Shown: positions 26,601 to 35,405, numbered from the stretch's first letter. The stretch is 54,572 bases of DNA from Bryobacterales bacterium (GCA_043785065.1 JAYVXT010000108.1:1-54572), one strand, 5' to 3'. Notes: a model not told the origin generated them from the letters alone. Program-made: numbers and translations.

Positions 26601-27168
26601 ACGAATCGGCGTGTTCGATCATACGCATCGCTTTGTAATGGCCGCCAGCTACGAACTGCCGTTCGGCAAGGGCCGCCGCTTCGCTTCTCATTCCCGCGCG
26701 CTGGATATTGTCGCCGGCGGTTGGCTGACAAACGGCATCTACACCTTTCAAACAGGACAGCCATTCACATGGATGGGCACCAGTTCCACCACCATCGGCG
26801 ACCTTGTTTATAACGGCGGCAAGCTAGTGTTCAATCCGCGCGAAACCAACGGCCCGGCGTTCAACACTTCAGCCTTCGATGGTAAGACGGCCAATCAGTT
26901 CGCCTATCATATCCGTACATTCTCCACCACGTTTTCCAGCCTGCGTGGCGACAGCACCAACGAACTGAATGGGTCGGTATTGAAGCGGATAAGCATCGCC
27001 CAAGAAGGAAGAACCTACTTCCAATTGCGCTTTGAAGTATTTAATGCGCTGAATCATCCTTCGTTTTCGTTTCCGAATTTGGCCCCAACCAATGCGGCCT
27101 TCGGCTTGATCACCAGCCAATCCAATCGTTCCCGCTCCATTCAGGTTGGCGGACGGCTGGTATTCTAA
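23602..27168 (+). CDS. TonB-dependent-receptor-like outer-membrane protein with carboxypeptidase-regulatory-like N-domain (tandem paralog)
   Basis: The signal peptide ends ...LLTFTLPLAAQ. The N-domain is GAVTDPTGSVIPGVAVTVKETHTNTRVEAVSEKTGQFNALFLLPGDYDIIA. The protein is 1188 aa and ends ...GGRLVF. It begins 21 nt after the preceding receptor gene. Confidence 0.85.
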   Translation: MAVCFSLSKFLLPILLTFTLPLAAQEFRGTISGAVTDPTGSVIPGVAVTVKETHTNTRVEAVSEKTGQFNALFLLPGDYDIIAKATGFKEFIRHNVHVGAGENLVIDVTLQVGDASQTIDVTSDAPLVNNENASVGGAITTKEVEDMPLNGGSALQLAQLQIGVISSPFNSSSTVVQTYDSSNNFSIGGTPTQSSEMLLNGAPNATWDMRSAYTPPRDAVQEVRVKVLDTDAGFGHTRGGTINMVMKSGTNKLHGSMWENTQPSNLTANSFFNNAKGLGNPLTHYNQYGLTVGGPVVLPKLFNGRDKLFWFFAWQNDRNSQPFTTFISVPTDAEKRGDFSQILKADGTQLYDPFSGAQVGGAITRQPLPNNQIPANRINPITVNYLKFFPAPNVNEVNATSKPNGYFNFGTTAPNINSADNETGTLDYNMSQRNRMSFNVRHNALYAKKNDYFKNIASGQLTSRENWGGSLDDVITLAPTSILNIRLNYTYMFESSTDPSVGLDATTLGFPQYMVAKSPRPALPYVYFDTSTAFQSLSYNAAAQRPSQSMQLYASWTKIKGNHAIRIGGDARQYNLNTITYAQAAGGFNFGGNRWVNSNASASQTEAMGQDMAQFLYGLPTQGFFDINTYGSWYSKFISGFVQDDWRVRRNLTINMGFRFDYDGPFHEKYGRTENGWAFDTPNPIAASVIAKYRANPIPQISADAFRVNGGLLYPKGDAAAYENTSHLISPRLGVAWSPNRMKGNSVIRVGFGMFAAPVTIAYLAQNGNYSSNPLINQQGFSQQTVMTPSTNNYLSPAATFSDPFPGGILSPDPSNVGQTTFLGQNVSFLSPKAKSPYSLRWNFGFQQSLGSKMVLEAVYIGNHSVHLPINLTQLNGVPRQYLSTLPVRDTAVINSLNDTVPNPFNGIIPRGTPVGSTTSVAQLVSFYPEFPLGYTNGGFTGSGGVLEQNRNVGSSYFHSLNIRLQRRVSRELTLISNFIYSKLMEQTNWLNDTDPQPEKRIGVFDHTHRFVMAASYELPFGKGRRFASHSRALDIVAGGWLTNGIYTFQTGQPFTWMGTSSTTIGDLVYNGGKLVFNPRETNGPAFNTSAFDGKTANQFAYHIRTFSTTFSSLRGDSTNELNGSVLKRISIAQEGRTYFQLRFEVFNALNHPSFSFPNLAPTNAAFGLITSQSNRSRSIQVGGRLVF

Positions 27169-27243
27169 TCGGGGATCGGCCCCTCTTTGGGTTAAACGCA
27201 TTTTTTCGGAGCTCAGGGAACTTTCGCACGTATTATATTCAAT

Positions 27244-29700
27244 ATGGAACTATGGAACTCCCTCCGCTTCGCCGTTCGTTCCCTCATCCGTGACAAAGGC
27301 TTCGCCCTCACCACCATTCTCACGCTGGCGGTCAGCATTGCCGCCAGCTCCGCGATGTTCGCTATTGTAAATTCCGTACTGCTGCGGCCTCTGCCGTTCC
27401 AAGATTCCGGCAATATCCTGCTAGTGCACAACGACTACCCGAAAGCCGGAGTGGGTCCGATGTCTACGAGCTCCGCCGCGGATTATTACGACCGCCTGGA
27501 AGGCATGGAAGCTTTCGAGGAACAGGCCATGTTCAACATCGGCAATCAGACGCTGGAGATTAACAACACCCCGGAACAAGTAAGAGGCATGCGGGCCACG
27601 CCATCGCTATTTCGATTGCTAAAGATTGGCGCCGCGGAGGGCCGCACGTTTACAAACGATGAGGGCGAAGAAGGAGCCGATCAAAAAGTGATTATGAGCC
27701 ACGCCCTATGGCAGCAGCTCTATGCCGGCGACAAGACTATCATCGGGCGCGGATTGCGGATGAACGGGCAACTGAGGATCATTGTCGGCGTAATGCCGCC
27801 AAGCTTTCAACTGATGGACCCTGACGTTCGCTTCTGGACTCCGCTCTCTTTCACAAAGGAACAAAAGAAGACCCATCACGGCAACCACTGGAATCACGTT
27901 GGCCGTCTGAGGCCTGGAGCCACGCTGCAACAAGCGCAAATGCAGGTGGATGGCATTAACGCCGCCAACTTGGAAAAGTTTCCGCAGATGCGTGAAGTGC
28001 TCATCAACGCCGGCTTTCATTCCAAAGTAGTGCGCCTGCAAGACCACATGGTGCGCGGCGTCAAAAGCGGCTTGTATCTGCTGTGGGCCGGCGCAATGTG
28101 CCTGGTTCTGATCGGCGCGGTAAACTTGCTGAGCATCACTCTGGCGCGCCTCAACACCCGCCGCAAGGATATGGCCACGCGCCTTGCGTTGGGCGCCGGC
28201 CATGCGCGTATTGCATGGCAACTGGTAACCGAACATGTCCTGCTTGGCTTAGCCGGCGCATCGGCGGGCGTAGGGCTTACGTTCGTCTTGATGCGGCTGA
28301 TCTCTTCAACCTCGGTGGATTTGCCTCGATCCGGAGAGATTCGCTTGGACGCAACAGTAATGGCGTTCGGATTCGGTCTGTCGCTTGTGGTAGCCGTGTT
28401 CACAGGTCTCGCGCCGCTTGCCGGAATGTTCGATAAAACGTTGGGCGACGGTCTGCGCGAAGATAGCCGGACAGGGACTCGGGGAAGAGCGTCCCGTTTC
28501 GCCCGGCAATGCTTGGTTGCGTTGCAGGTGGCCTGCGCCTTTGTGCTTTTGGTGGGCGCTGGCCTGCTATTAGCCAGCTTCAGCCAACTGCTGCGAGTGA
28601 ATCCGGGCTATGACACCAAGGGCGTGTTAACCGCCGCCTACGTAGCACCGCAATCACGCTACGCCGGGGACAAGGAATTAATCATTTTGGCCGATAGGAC
28701 TTTGGCTTCGATGCGCTCGCTGCCCGGGGTGAAAGTGGCCGGCGGCACGAACATTGTTCCGCTTGGCGGAGATCATTCCAATTCGGTGATCCTTGCCGAA
28801 GGTTACATGATGAAACCCGGAGAATCGGTGGTCTCGCCGAATGCGAGTACTGTGACCCCGGGCTATTTCGAGGCCATGGGCATCTCCGTTTTGAAAGGCC
28901 GCCCGTTTGATGACCACGACACCGAAACTTCAAAGCCAGTAGTGATTGTCGATGAAAAACTGGCGGCGAAATTCTGGGCCGGACAGGATCCGATCGGCCG
29001 ACGCATGTACTTTCCGCAGAGCGCGGAGAAGCTTCTGGTTATTGATGAAAAAACCAAGTGGCTGACTGTGGCCGGCGTGGTGCGCAGCATTCGTCAAGAT
29101 GACCTCAGCGGGAAGGGAACCTCAGCCGGAGCCTATTATTTTTCAATGAAGCAAAACACAACGCGCGCTTTAGTACTGACCTTGAAGACCGATGGCGATG
29201 CGGCGTCGCTTACGAGTGCCGTACGCGAACGGATGAAACAGATCGACCCGCAGCTTGCCCTGTTTGAGATTCACACAATGGAGGAGCGCGCCCAACTCTC
29301 GCTTGCCCCGCGCAAGACGTCGATGTTCCTCGCAGCCGGCTTCGGAGCGGTGGCGCTGTTCTTGGCCTCGCTTGGGATATACGGAGTGCTGGCGTATCTG
29401 GTTACGCAGCGGCGGCGTGAGATTGGAATTCGCATCGCGCTGGGCAGCACGCAAGGCGGTGTGGCGCGGCTTGTGCTAAGTGAGGGAATGCTACTTGCAG
29501 GCGCTGGCCTAGTGATGGGCATGGCCGGGGCAGTGGGGCTGCGAACTCTGATCGAAAGCCAGGTCTACGGGGTTAGCCCATTAGAGCCTCGTGTACTGTT
29601 GGGGGTAGCCGCTTTGCTGGGAGCCGTAGCGTTGCTTGCGTGTCTTGCGCCGGTGCAGCGCGCGATGCGGGTAGATCCCGTTAGAGTCTTGAGCGAATAA
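27244..29700 (+). CDS. ADOP-family duplicated FtsX/MacB-like ABC permease (no cognate ATPase in the window)
   Basis: 818 aa. The N-terminus LRFAVRSLIRDKGFALTTILTLAVSIAASSAMFAIVNSVLLRPLPF is the MacB/ADOP signature. There are two MacB-periplasmic plus FtsX 4-TM halves, the second ending IGIRIALGSTQGGVARLVLSEGMLLAG...VDPVRVLSE. Confidence 0.9.
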   Translation: MELWNSLRFAVRSLIRDKGFALTTILTLAVSIAASSAMFAIVNSVLLRPLPFQDSGNILLVHNDYPKAGVGPMSTSSAADYYDRLEGMEAFEEQAMFNIGNQTLEINNTPEQVRGMRATPSLFRLLKIGAAEGRTFTNDEGEEGADQKVIMSHALWQQLYAGDKTIIGRGLRMNGQLRIIVGVMPPSFQLMDPDVRFWTPLSFTKEQKKTHHGNHWNHVGRLRPGATLQQAQMQVDGINAANLEKFPQMREVLINAGFHSKVVRLQDHMVRGVKSGLYLLWAGAMCLVLIGAVNLLSITLARLNTRRKDMATRLALGAGHARIAWQLVTEHVLLGLAGASAGVGLTFVLMRLISSTSVDLPRSGEIRLDATVMAFGFGLSLVVAVFTGLAPLAGMFDKTLGDGLREDSRTGTRGRASRFARQCLVALQVACAFVLLVGAGLLLASFSQLLRVNPGYDTKGVLTAAYVAPQSRYAGDKELIILADRTLASMRSLPGVKVAGGTNIVPLGGDHSNSVILAEGYMMKPGESVVSPNASTVTPGYFEAMGISVLKGRPFDDHDTETSKPVVIVDEKLAAKFWAGQDPIGRRMYFPQSAEKLLVIDEKTKWLTVAGVVRSIRQDDLSGKGTSAGAYYFSMKQNTTRALVLTLKTDGDAASLTSAVRERMKQIDPQLALFEIHTMEERAQLSLAPRKTSMFLAAGFGAVALFLASLGIYGVLAYLVTQRRREIGIRIALGSTQGGVARLVLSEGMLLAGAGLVMGMAGAVGLRTLIESQVYGVSPLEPRVLLGVAALLGAVALLACLAPVQRAMRVDPVRVLSE

Positions 29701-29737
29701 GTGTACTTGTACCCTTTTTTATAATAGTTTGCACATT

Positions 29738-29749
29738 TGTAATATTACA
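29738..29749. promoter_or_regulatory. Perfect 12-bp palindrome TGTAATATTACA inside a sigma70-like promoter (TTGCAC 29729-29734, N18, TATGAT 29753-29758); candidate autoregulatory operator of the XRE gene
   Basis: The palindrome and the hexamers were read directly in the AT-rich 29701-29766 spacer. Promoter and operator function is inference. Confidence 0.35.
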
Positions 29750-29766
29750 TGATATGATGTTTGTGG

Positions 29767-30411
29767 ATGCTTCAACCCGTTCAGCAATGGCGCACCCGGA
29801 ACGGCCTGACTCAGGTCGACGCCGCAGCATTGCTTGGGGTCTCGCAGACCTATCTTTCCTTGCTTGAGAAGGGTGACCGGCCTTTAACGGCGCAGCTTCA
29901 GGAAAAGTTGTCCACCGTCAAGAAAACCGCGCCAAGAGGGTTCACCCCAAGAAGTTTTACGGATGACCGCTTCCGGGGGCAGTTGAGCGCCCTTGGCTAT
30001 CCCGGTTTCGCCCATGTTAAACCTGCCCGGTTGAAACCAAGCCCAGGCCCTTTTCTGTTATCGGTGCTTTCTTTAGCTGATGTGGATTCACGGGTAGTGG
30101 AGGCGCTGCCTTGGGTGGTGCATCAGTATTGCGGCCGGCTGGACCCTGCGTTGCTGGTGCGAAGCGCCAAACTTCAAAATCTGCAAAACCGTTTGGGATT
30201 CTTACTTCAAGCCGCACCGGAAAGGACGCCGGGCCTTGCGGTGGCATTGGCTGAACTGGAACGGGCGCGATTGTTGCAGGAATCAACTCTATGTTGGGAC
30301 TCAATGCCCACTGCCACGCGCGAATGGATGCGAGTGAACCGGTCGCCTTTAGCGCAATACTGGAATGTTGTGACCACTTTGCGGCCTGAGGATGCAAGAC
30401 GTGCCGCTTGA
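29767..30411 (+). CDS. XRE-family helix-turn-helix protein with a ~150-aa C-terminal domain of unknown function (putative antitoxin/regulator)
   Basis: The N-terminus WRTRNGLTQVDAAALLGVSQTYLSLLEKGDRPLT is a classic HTH_XRE. I placed the start at ATG 29767; the track ORF begins at TTG 29761. Its 3' end overlaps the next gene by 20 nt. Confidence 0.75.
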   Translation: MLQPVQQWRTRNGLTQVDAAALLGVSQTYLSLLEKGDRPLTAQLQEKLSTVKKTAPRGFTPRSFTDDRFRGQLSALGYPGFAHVKPARLKPSPGPFLLSVLSLADVDSRVVEALPWVVHQYCGRLDPALLVRSAKLQNLQNRLGFLLQAAPERTPGLAVALAELERARLLQESTLCWDSMPTATREWMRVNRSPLAQYWNVVTTLRPEDARRAA

Positions 30412-30949
30412 ACCGCCCTGCGAACCGTGGCTTTCTTTTTTGACCGAACTGGACGTTACGCTCGATGAACCAGCCGATTTCCATTGCATCGGCGGATTCG
30501 TGGTGAGTCAACACTACGGATTAGGACGTGAAACGGCGGACCTTGACGTTCTTTCGGTGTTTCCCAAAGCAGCGGCTGAACGTGTCATGCAGTTGGCCGG
30601 CAAAGGATCGGCGCTACAAAAAAAACATCGGGTTTACATTGACTACGTTCGGGTGGCAAACTACCCGGATTCCTATGAAGACCGTCTGATCCGCACGTTT
30701 CCCGTTTGGACCAACATCAGGTTATGGGCTCTCGAAGCACATGACCTTGCGTTGACGAAACTGGAGCGAAGCATTGAAAGGGATATCCGCGATGTGATGT
30801 TTCTGGCTAAGGCTGGGCTGATTAACCGGGAAACACTGATTGCACGGTTCGAGACTGAGTGGGAGCCGTACGTTACTGGCCGGGCTCCTACGTGGAATCG
30901 AGGCACGTTAAACATGTGGATTGAGGCTTGTTGGCCCAGGGAGGCGTAA
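30392..30949 (+). CDS. Nucleotidyltransferase-fold protein (DUF6036/AbiEii/MNT-like), putative toxin partner
   Basis: CIGGFVVSQHYGLGRETADLDVLS fits the minimal NTase motif hG[GS]-x(9-13)-D-x-D. The protein is 185 aa and translationally overlaps the XRE gene. Confidence 0.6.
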   Translation: MQDVPLEPPCEPWLSFLTELDVTLDEPADFHCIGGFVVSQHYGLGRETADLDVLSVFPKAAAERVMQLAGKGSALQKKHRVYIDYVRVANYPDSYEDRLIRTFPVWTNIRLWALEAHDLALTKLERSIERDIRDVMFLAKAGLINRETLIARFETEWEPYVTGRAPTWNRGTLNMWIEACWPREA

Positions 30950-31124
30950 CATGGGTTCAAGCTCAAGGGCGTAATCACAACATATGCCTCGCCATTAGCT
31001 CCCGCACCCATGGCGCACGCAATAATTCCTTGCTGGATTGTCATCAAATGGAAATACTCCATGCAAGAGCCCAGCCAAAGGATGGCGCGGACCCGAGTTT
31101 TCGATAGGTGTTTCCTTTTTAAGG

Positions 31125-31177
31125 CATCTCAGAGCGGCTTTGTTGCTGGTTGAGGGAAAGGTGACCGCTCTGAGATG
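31125..31177. repeat. 13-bp perfect inverted repeat (CATCTCAGAGCGG ... CCGCTCTGAGATG), a stem-loop between convergent genes
   Basis: Arms at 31125-31137 and 31165-31177, with a 27-nt loop. There is no clear U-tract on either strand, so a terminator role is uncertain. Confidence 0.4.
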
Positions 31178-31249
31178 GTGTCCTTTGAAAAGTTATACGG
31201 ATCAAGTTTCATTTCGTTCCGTTCGCCAGGCATTTTTTTTGAAATTATC

Positions 31250-32428
31250 TTATCCTCTCAGCATGCCTACAATCGCATTCGCTAGAACACAAATCATGCC
31301 GCTGGGTATAAGAACTTTCCAGCCCACATTCATTAATTGATCATAACGAAATCTGGGAAATGTACCGCGAAACCACACCATCAAATAGACCCATAACGAA
31401 ACTTTGAATAGGAACCAAAACACCGCCACCGTGGCGTGGTTGAATGCCGGCCATAGGAAAAGCGCCCCAATTAACCCAAGCCCGGCTATTACCACTATCA
31501 AAACAATTTGCTGAATGCGATCTTTCAAGCGAGCAACTAACTGAATACTGGCCAGGGATGAACCGCCGAAAATCAGAAACGGTATTCCATAGTTCATCGG
31601 AACTTCAAGCCAGCTAGTGTTCGGAAACGGACGCAGCCAGCCGCCCCAAAACAACACGACGCCAACCGACGCCACCACGAAAATGTTCCCATATTCCGCC
31701 AACATGAACAGCGCCCAACGAAAGCCGCTATATTCGGTATGAAACCCGGCCACTAATTCCGATTCGGCCTCGGGAAGATCGAAAGGCGTGCGGTTGATTT
31801 CAGCGGTAGCGGCGATCAGATAGATCATGAAAGCCCACATCATCAAGCCGCAATTTTCAAAGGCGAACCAGATGTGTTTTTGTTCCTGCGAGGCCACAAT
31901 CGCGGGCATTTGCAGTGTCCCCGCAGCCATCACGCCACACACCAGAGATAAGGACAAGGCCACTTCGTAGCTGACTAACTGCGCCGCCGAACGCAAAGCG
32001 CCCAGCAAGGAATAATGACTGTTGGACGCCCACCCGCCAAGAATGATGCCCAGTATCCCCACCGAAGAAGTTGCCGCAATCACCAGCAGGCCAACGTTGA
32101 CGTCGGCAATGTGAATCCAATTATTAAATGGAATCACGGTGAAGCCGGTGAGTGCGCACACACAGGAAAGCACTGGCGCTCCCCAAAAAATCATCTTGTT
32201 TGAATGCGTGGGGACAATGTCTTCCTTGATCAACAATTTTACGGCGTCGGCGATGGGCTGCAGCAAGCCATACGGCCCCACCCGCATCGGTCCAAGACGC
32301 ACCTGCATGTCGGCCAAAACTTTGCGCTCCACCAGCACGATGTATCCGGCGACTAATGGGAACAGCAGGATGATGACGGCCGTTACAACCAGCGGCATGA
32401 ACAAGGGGTGAATGAAAATTGCGTCCAT
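31250..32428 (-). CDS. nuoH: NADH-quinone oxidoreductase subunit H
   Basis: LVERKVLADMQVRLGPMRVGPYGLLQPIADAVKLLIKEDIVP is the NuoH/ND1 signature. The protein is multi-TM and 392 aa. Confidence 0.92.
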   Translation of the reverse strand: MDAIFIHPLFMPLVVTAVIILLFPLVAGYIVLVERKVLADMQVRLGPMRVGPYGLLQPIADAVKLLIKEDIVPTHSNKMIFWGAPVLSCVCALTGFTVIPFNNWIHIADVNVGLLVIAATSSVGILGIILGGWASNSHYSLLGALRSAAQLVSYEVALSLSLVCGVMAAGTLQMPAIVASQEQKHIWFAFENCGLMMWAFMIYLIAATAEINRTPFDLPEAESELVAGFHTEYSGFRWALFMLAEYGNIFVVASVGVVLFWGGWLRPFPNTSWLEVPMNYGIPFLIFGGSSLASIQLVARLKDRIQQIVLIVVIAGLGLIGALFLWPAFNHATVAVFWFLFKVSLWVYLMVWFRGTFPRFRYDQLMNVGWKVLIPSGMICVLANAIVGMLRG

Positions 32429-32431
32429 TAT

Positions 32432-33898
32432 TTACCGTCCTAACGAAGCGGCGGCCATGCGGATGAAGGGTTCCGGCAGCACGCCCATCGCAACCGTAGC
32501 CATGGCCGTTATAGCCAACGCCAAGCGCACGCCGTTCGAGGGAGCCAGTACTTGCGCTTCCGTCGATTCCACGGAGAACATGCTGCGCACCAGCCGGAAG
32601 TAATAATAGAGCGAAACGGCGACATATACCGCGCTCAATATCGCCAGGCCATACTTGCCCGACTCCACCAGCGCCAGGAAAATATAATACTTGCCGATGA
32701 ACCCGGCCGTGGGTGGAATACCGGCCAGCGAAAGCAAAAACACCAGCATCAACAAAGCGTAATAAGGGTAACGGCGGCTGAGCGCGGCCAAGTCATCAAT
32801 GGTTTCCACGGCTAAGCCCTTGCGCCGCAAGGCCACCAACACAAGGAAGGCGCCAATGGTCATGAAGGCGTAAGTAAGTAAGTAAATGGCCACGCCTACC
32901 AGGCCCGTATCATTCCCAGCCACTACACCCAAAAGTAAGTAACCGGCGTGGGCAATGGAACTGTAGGCCAGCATTCGCTTGACGTTCGATTGTGTGATTG
33001 CCGCCAGGTTTCCGATTGTCAAACTCAGCACGGCGGCGAAGGTTAGCAGTGGTTCCCATTGCGGGCGGGCCCCGCCTAGGCCCACCGCAAGCACTCGAAG
33101 TAATAAAGCGAAGCTGGCCGTTTTCGATGCAACGGCAAGAAATGCGGTGACCGTTGTTGGCGCGCCTTCATACGTATCGGGAGCCCACATATGGAACGGA
33201 GCCGCTCCGATCTTGAACAGTAACCCCGCCATGGTTGTGACAATGGCAAGATATAACAACCAATCATGCGGGCCTCTGCCTGGAACCACGGAAGCCAGTG
33301 CGGTGAGGTTAGTAGATCCCGTCAGGCCGTAGAAAATCGAAAACCCATAAATTAGCAGCCCCGTGGAAAATCCGCCCAGCAGCAAGTATTTCATCGCTGC
33401 TTCGTTTGACCGTTTTTCGCCGCGCAGAAAGCCCACCAGTACGTAGAAACTGACCGCCATGGTTTCCAGGCCAATAAAAATGGTCACCATGTCCACGCTG
33501 CTAATAATGAAGAATGCGCCGAAGGCGGCAAATAGCACCAGAGCGTAATACTCGGCATGGTGCTCGTGTTCGTTTTCAAGGTAGCGATAGCTGATCAGCA
33601 TTACAAGCGCGGCCGACATCAACACGATGCCATTAAAGAAGACGGCGAAATTATCCAGCACCAAGCCGCCGTTGAAGCCCGCTAGCGGTGTCATCCCATG
33701 CGCCGCCAGGTATCGATGCTGTTCCAACAATTGCCATCCGGCGAACACCAGGCCGGAGATCGCAATCCCCACCAGCCAGCCGCGGCCTTTAATGTCTTTC
33801 GGAAAAAGGAAGTCCAGCAATAGAACGGCAATGCCGAACATACCCAACAACAAAGCCGGAAGCAGGATGAAATGATCGGTTGCCGAATAGGAGATCAT
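32432..33898 (-). CDS. nuoN: NADH-quinone oxidoreductase subunit N
   Basis: 488-aa antiporter-like subunit with FKIGAAPFHMWAPDTYEGAPTTVTAFLA. It overlaps the nuoM stop by 4 nt. Confidence 0.9.
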   Translation of the reverse strand: MISYSATDHFILLPALLLGMFGIAVLLLDFLFPKDIKGRGWLVGIAISGLVFAGWQLLEQHRYLAAHGMTPLAGFNGGLVLDNFAVFFNGIVLMSAALVMLISYRYLENEHEHHAEYYALVLFAAFGAFFIISSVDMVTIFIGLETMAVSFYVLVGFLRGEKRSNEAAMKYLLLGGFSTGLLIYGFSIFYGLTGSTNLTALASVVPGRGPHDWLLYLAIVTTMAGLLFKIGAAPFHMWAPDTYEGAPTTVTAFLAVASKTASFALLLRVLAVGLGGARPQWEPLLTFAAVLSLTIGNLAAITQSNVKRMLAYSSIAHAGYLLLGVVAGNDTGLVGVAIYLLTYAFMTIGAFLVLVALRRKGLAVETIDDLAALSRRYPYYALLMLVFLLSLAGIPPTAGFIGKYYIFLALVESGKYGLAILSAVYVAVSLYYYFRLVRSMFSVESTEAQVLAPSNGVRLALAITAMATVAMGVLPEPFIRMAAASLGR

Positions 33899-35403
33899 CG
33901 CCGGGCCTCCGCCTGTGTGGAGTGTAGTCTTTCCACAATTTGCGCCACGGGTTTTTCAAAGGTATCGAAGAAAGGCTTGGGATAAACGCCTATCCAGAAA
34001 GCGGCGGCGATGAGCGGCAGCACCACAGCCCATTCGCGCAGGTTGAGGTCAACCAGTTTTTCGTTCTTTGTATGCGTGATCTCACCAAGCATGGTGCGTT
34101 GATACAGCCAAAGTAAATAAGCGGCGCCCAATACGATTCCCGGTACGGCGAACGCGGCCCACCACACGTTAGCTTCAAACGCGCCTTGTAGAATCGTGAA
34201 TTCGCCGGCGAAGCCATTCAATAACGGAAGGCCGGCGGAACTAAGCATGGCGATTGCAAACACCGTGGCGTAATTCGGCATGCGGTGAGCCACTCCGCCG
34301 AATTGCGAAATCTCGCGCGTATGACGCCGATCATAAATCATGCCAACCAACAAGAACAGCAGCCCGGTGGAGATGCCGTGGTTGATCTGCTGCAACACCG
34401 CTCCCCCAACGCCTTTCGTGTTCAACGAGAAAATACCCAATGTGACAAAGCCCATGTGACTGACCGAAGAATAAGCCACCAGCTTTTTCCAATCCTTCTG
34501 CATAAGACTTACCAGTGCCCCGTAAAGGATGGCGATGATGGAAAGATACACCAAGGTTCGCACGATGCCCGAATCGATGGAAGCGGCCGGCAGCAGAGGG
34601 AGTGAGAAGCGCAGGAACCCGTAAGTACCCATCTTCAACAACGCGCCCGCCAGCATTACTGACCCAGCGGTGGGGGCTTCGGTATGGGCGTCGGGCAGCC
34701 AAGTGTGGAAAGGGAACATCGGAACCTTAACCGCGAATCCCAGGAAGAGCAGCCAAAAAACGGTACGCTCCGCAGCTGGCGCAAGATGGGTTTGCATCAG
34801 TTCCACAATGTCAAACGTGCGGACTCCCGTTTGACTCGCATGGGCAAAGTAGAGCACCAAAATGCCGATCAGCATAACAACGCTTCCGGCCATTGTATAG
34901 ATAAAGAACTTCATCGCCGCATACAAGCGCCGTTCGCCGCCCCAGATGGCAATCAGGAAATACATCGGGATCAGCACCGCTTCCCAGAACACATAGAACA
35001 AGAAACAATCGAGTGAGAGGAACACGCCCAGGATGCCGGTTTCAAGCAGTAGCAACATGGCGTAGTAAGCCTTCGGCCGGTCGGATACCGAGGACCAGGA
35101 AGCCAGCACGGAAAGCAGCGTCAACAAAGTTGTGAGCATCACCAGCAAGAAGCTGATCCCGTCAACACCCAATGAGTAGCTAGCGCCAAGCGCGGGAATC
35201 CAAGTGGCGCGCTCAACGAATTGGAAGCCGGCTGCATGATTATCGAACCGGGCAACCAATCCCAATGAGATTGAGAAGCAAGCCAGCGCGCCTATATTCG
35301 CCACAATTCGAATCAGGTTCTTTTGCCCGGCAGGCACGGCAAGCACTGCCGCCATGGCCACTAGCGGCGCGAAGAGAATCCAACTGAGTAAGTGTTCGCC
35401 CAT
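33895..35403 (-). CDS. nuoM: NADH-quinone oxidoreductase subunit M
   Basis: Start at ATG 35401-35403 (MGEHLLSWILFAPLV), 2 nt downstream of the nuoL stop. The motif is FAVKVPMFPFHTWLPDAHTEAPTAGSVMLAG. The track ORF's 56-aa N-terminal extension overlaps nuoL and is rejected. Confidence 0.9.
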   Translation of the reverse strand: MGEHLLSWILFAPLVAMAAVLAVPAGQKNLIRIVANIGALACFSISLGLVARFDNHAAGFQFVERATWIPALGASYSLGVDGISFLLVMLTTLLTLLSVLASWSSVSDRPKAYYAMLLLLETGILGVFLSLDCFLFYVFWEAVLIPMYFLIAIWGGERRLYAAMKFFIYTMAGSVVMLIGILVLYFAHASQTGVRTFDIVELMQTHLAPAAERTVFWLLFLGFAVKVPMFPFHTWLPDAHTEAPTAGSVMLAGALLKMGTYGFLRFSLPLLPAASIDSGIVRTLVYLSIIAILYGALVSLMQKDWKKLVAYSSVSHMGFVTLGIFSLNTKGVGGAVLQQINHGISTGLLFLLVGMIYDRRHTREISQFGGVAHRMPNYATVFAIAMLSSAGLPLLNGFAGEFTILQGAFEANVWWAAFAVPGIVLGAAYLLWLYQRTMLGEITHTKNEKLVDLNLREWAVVLPLIAAAFWIGVYPKPFFDTFEKPVAQIVERLHSTQAEARR

Positions 35404-35405
35404 GC

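Noticed and set aside
31038-31340. 100-aa plus-strand ORF spanning the nuoH 3' end and the 13-bp hairpin.
   Set aside because: It has no motifs, overlaps the nuoH stop region and includes the inverted repeat. It is most likely non-coding.
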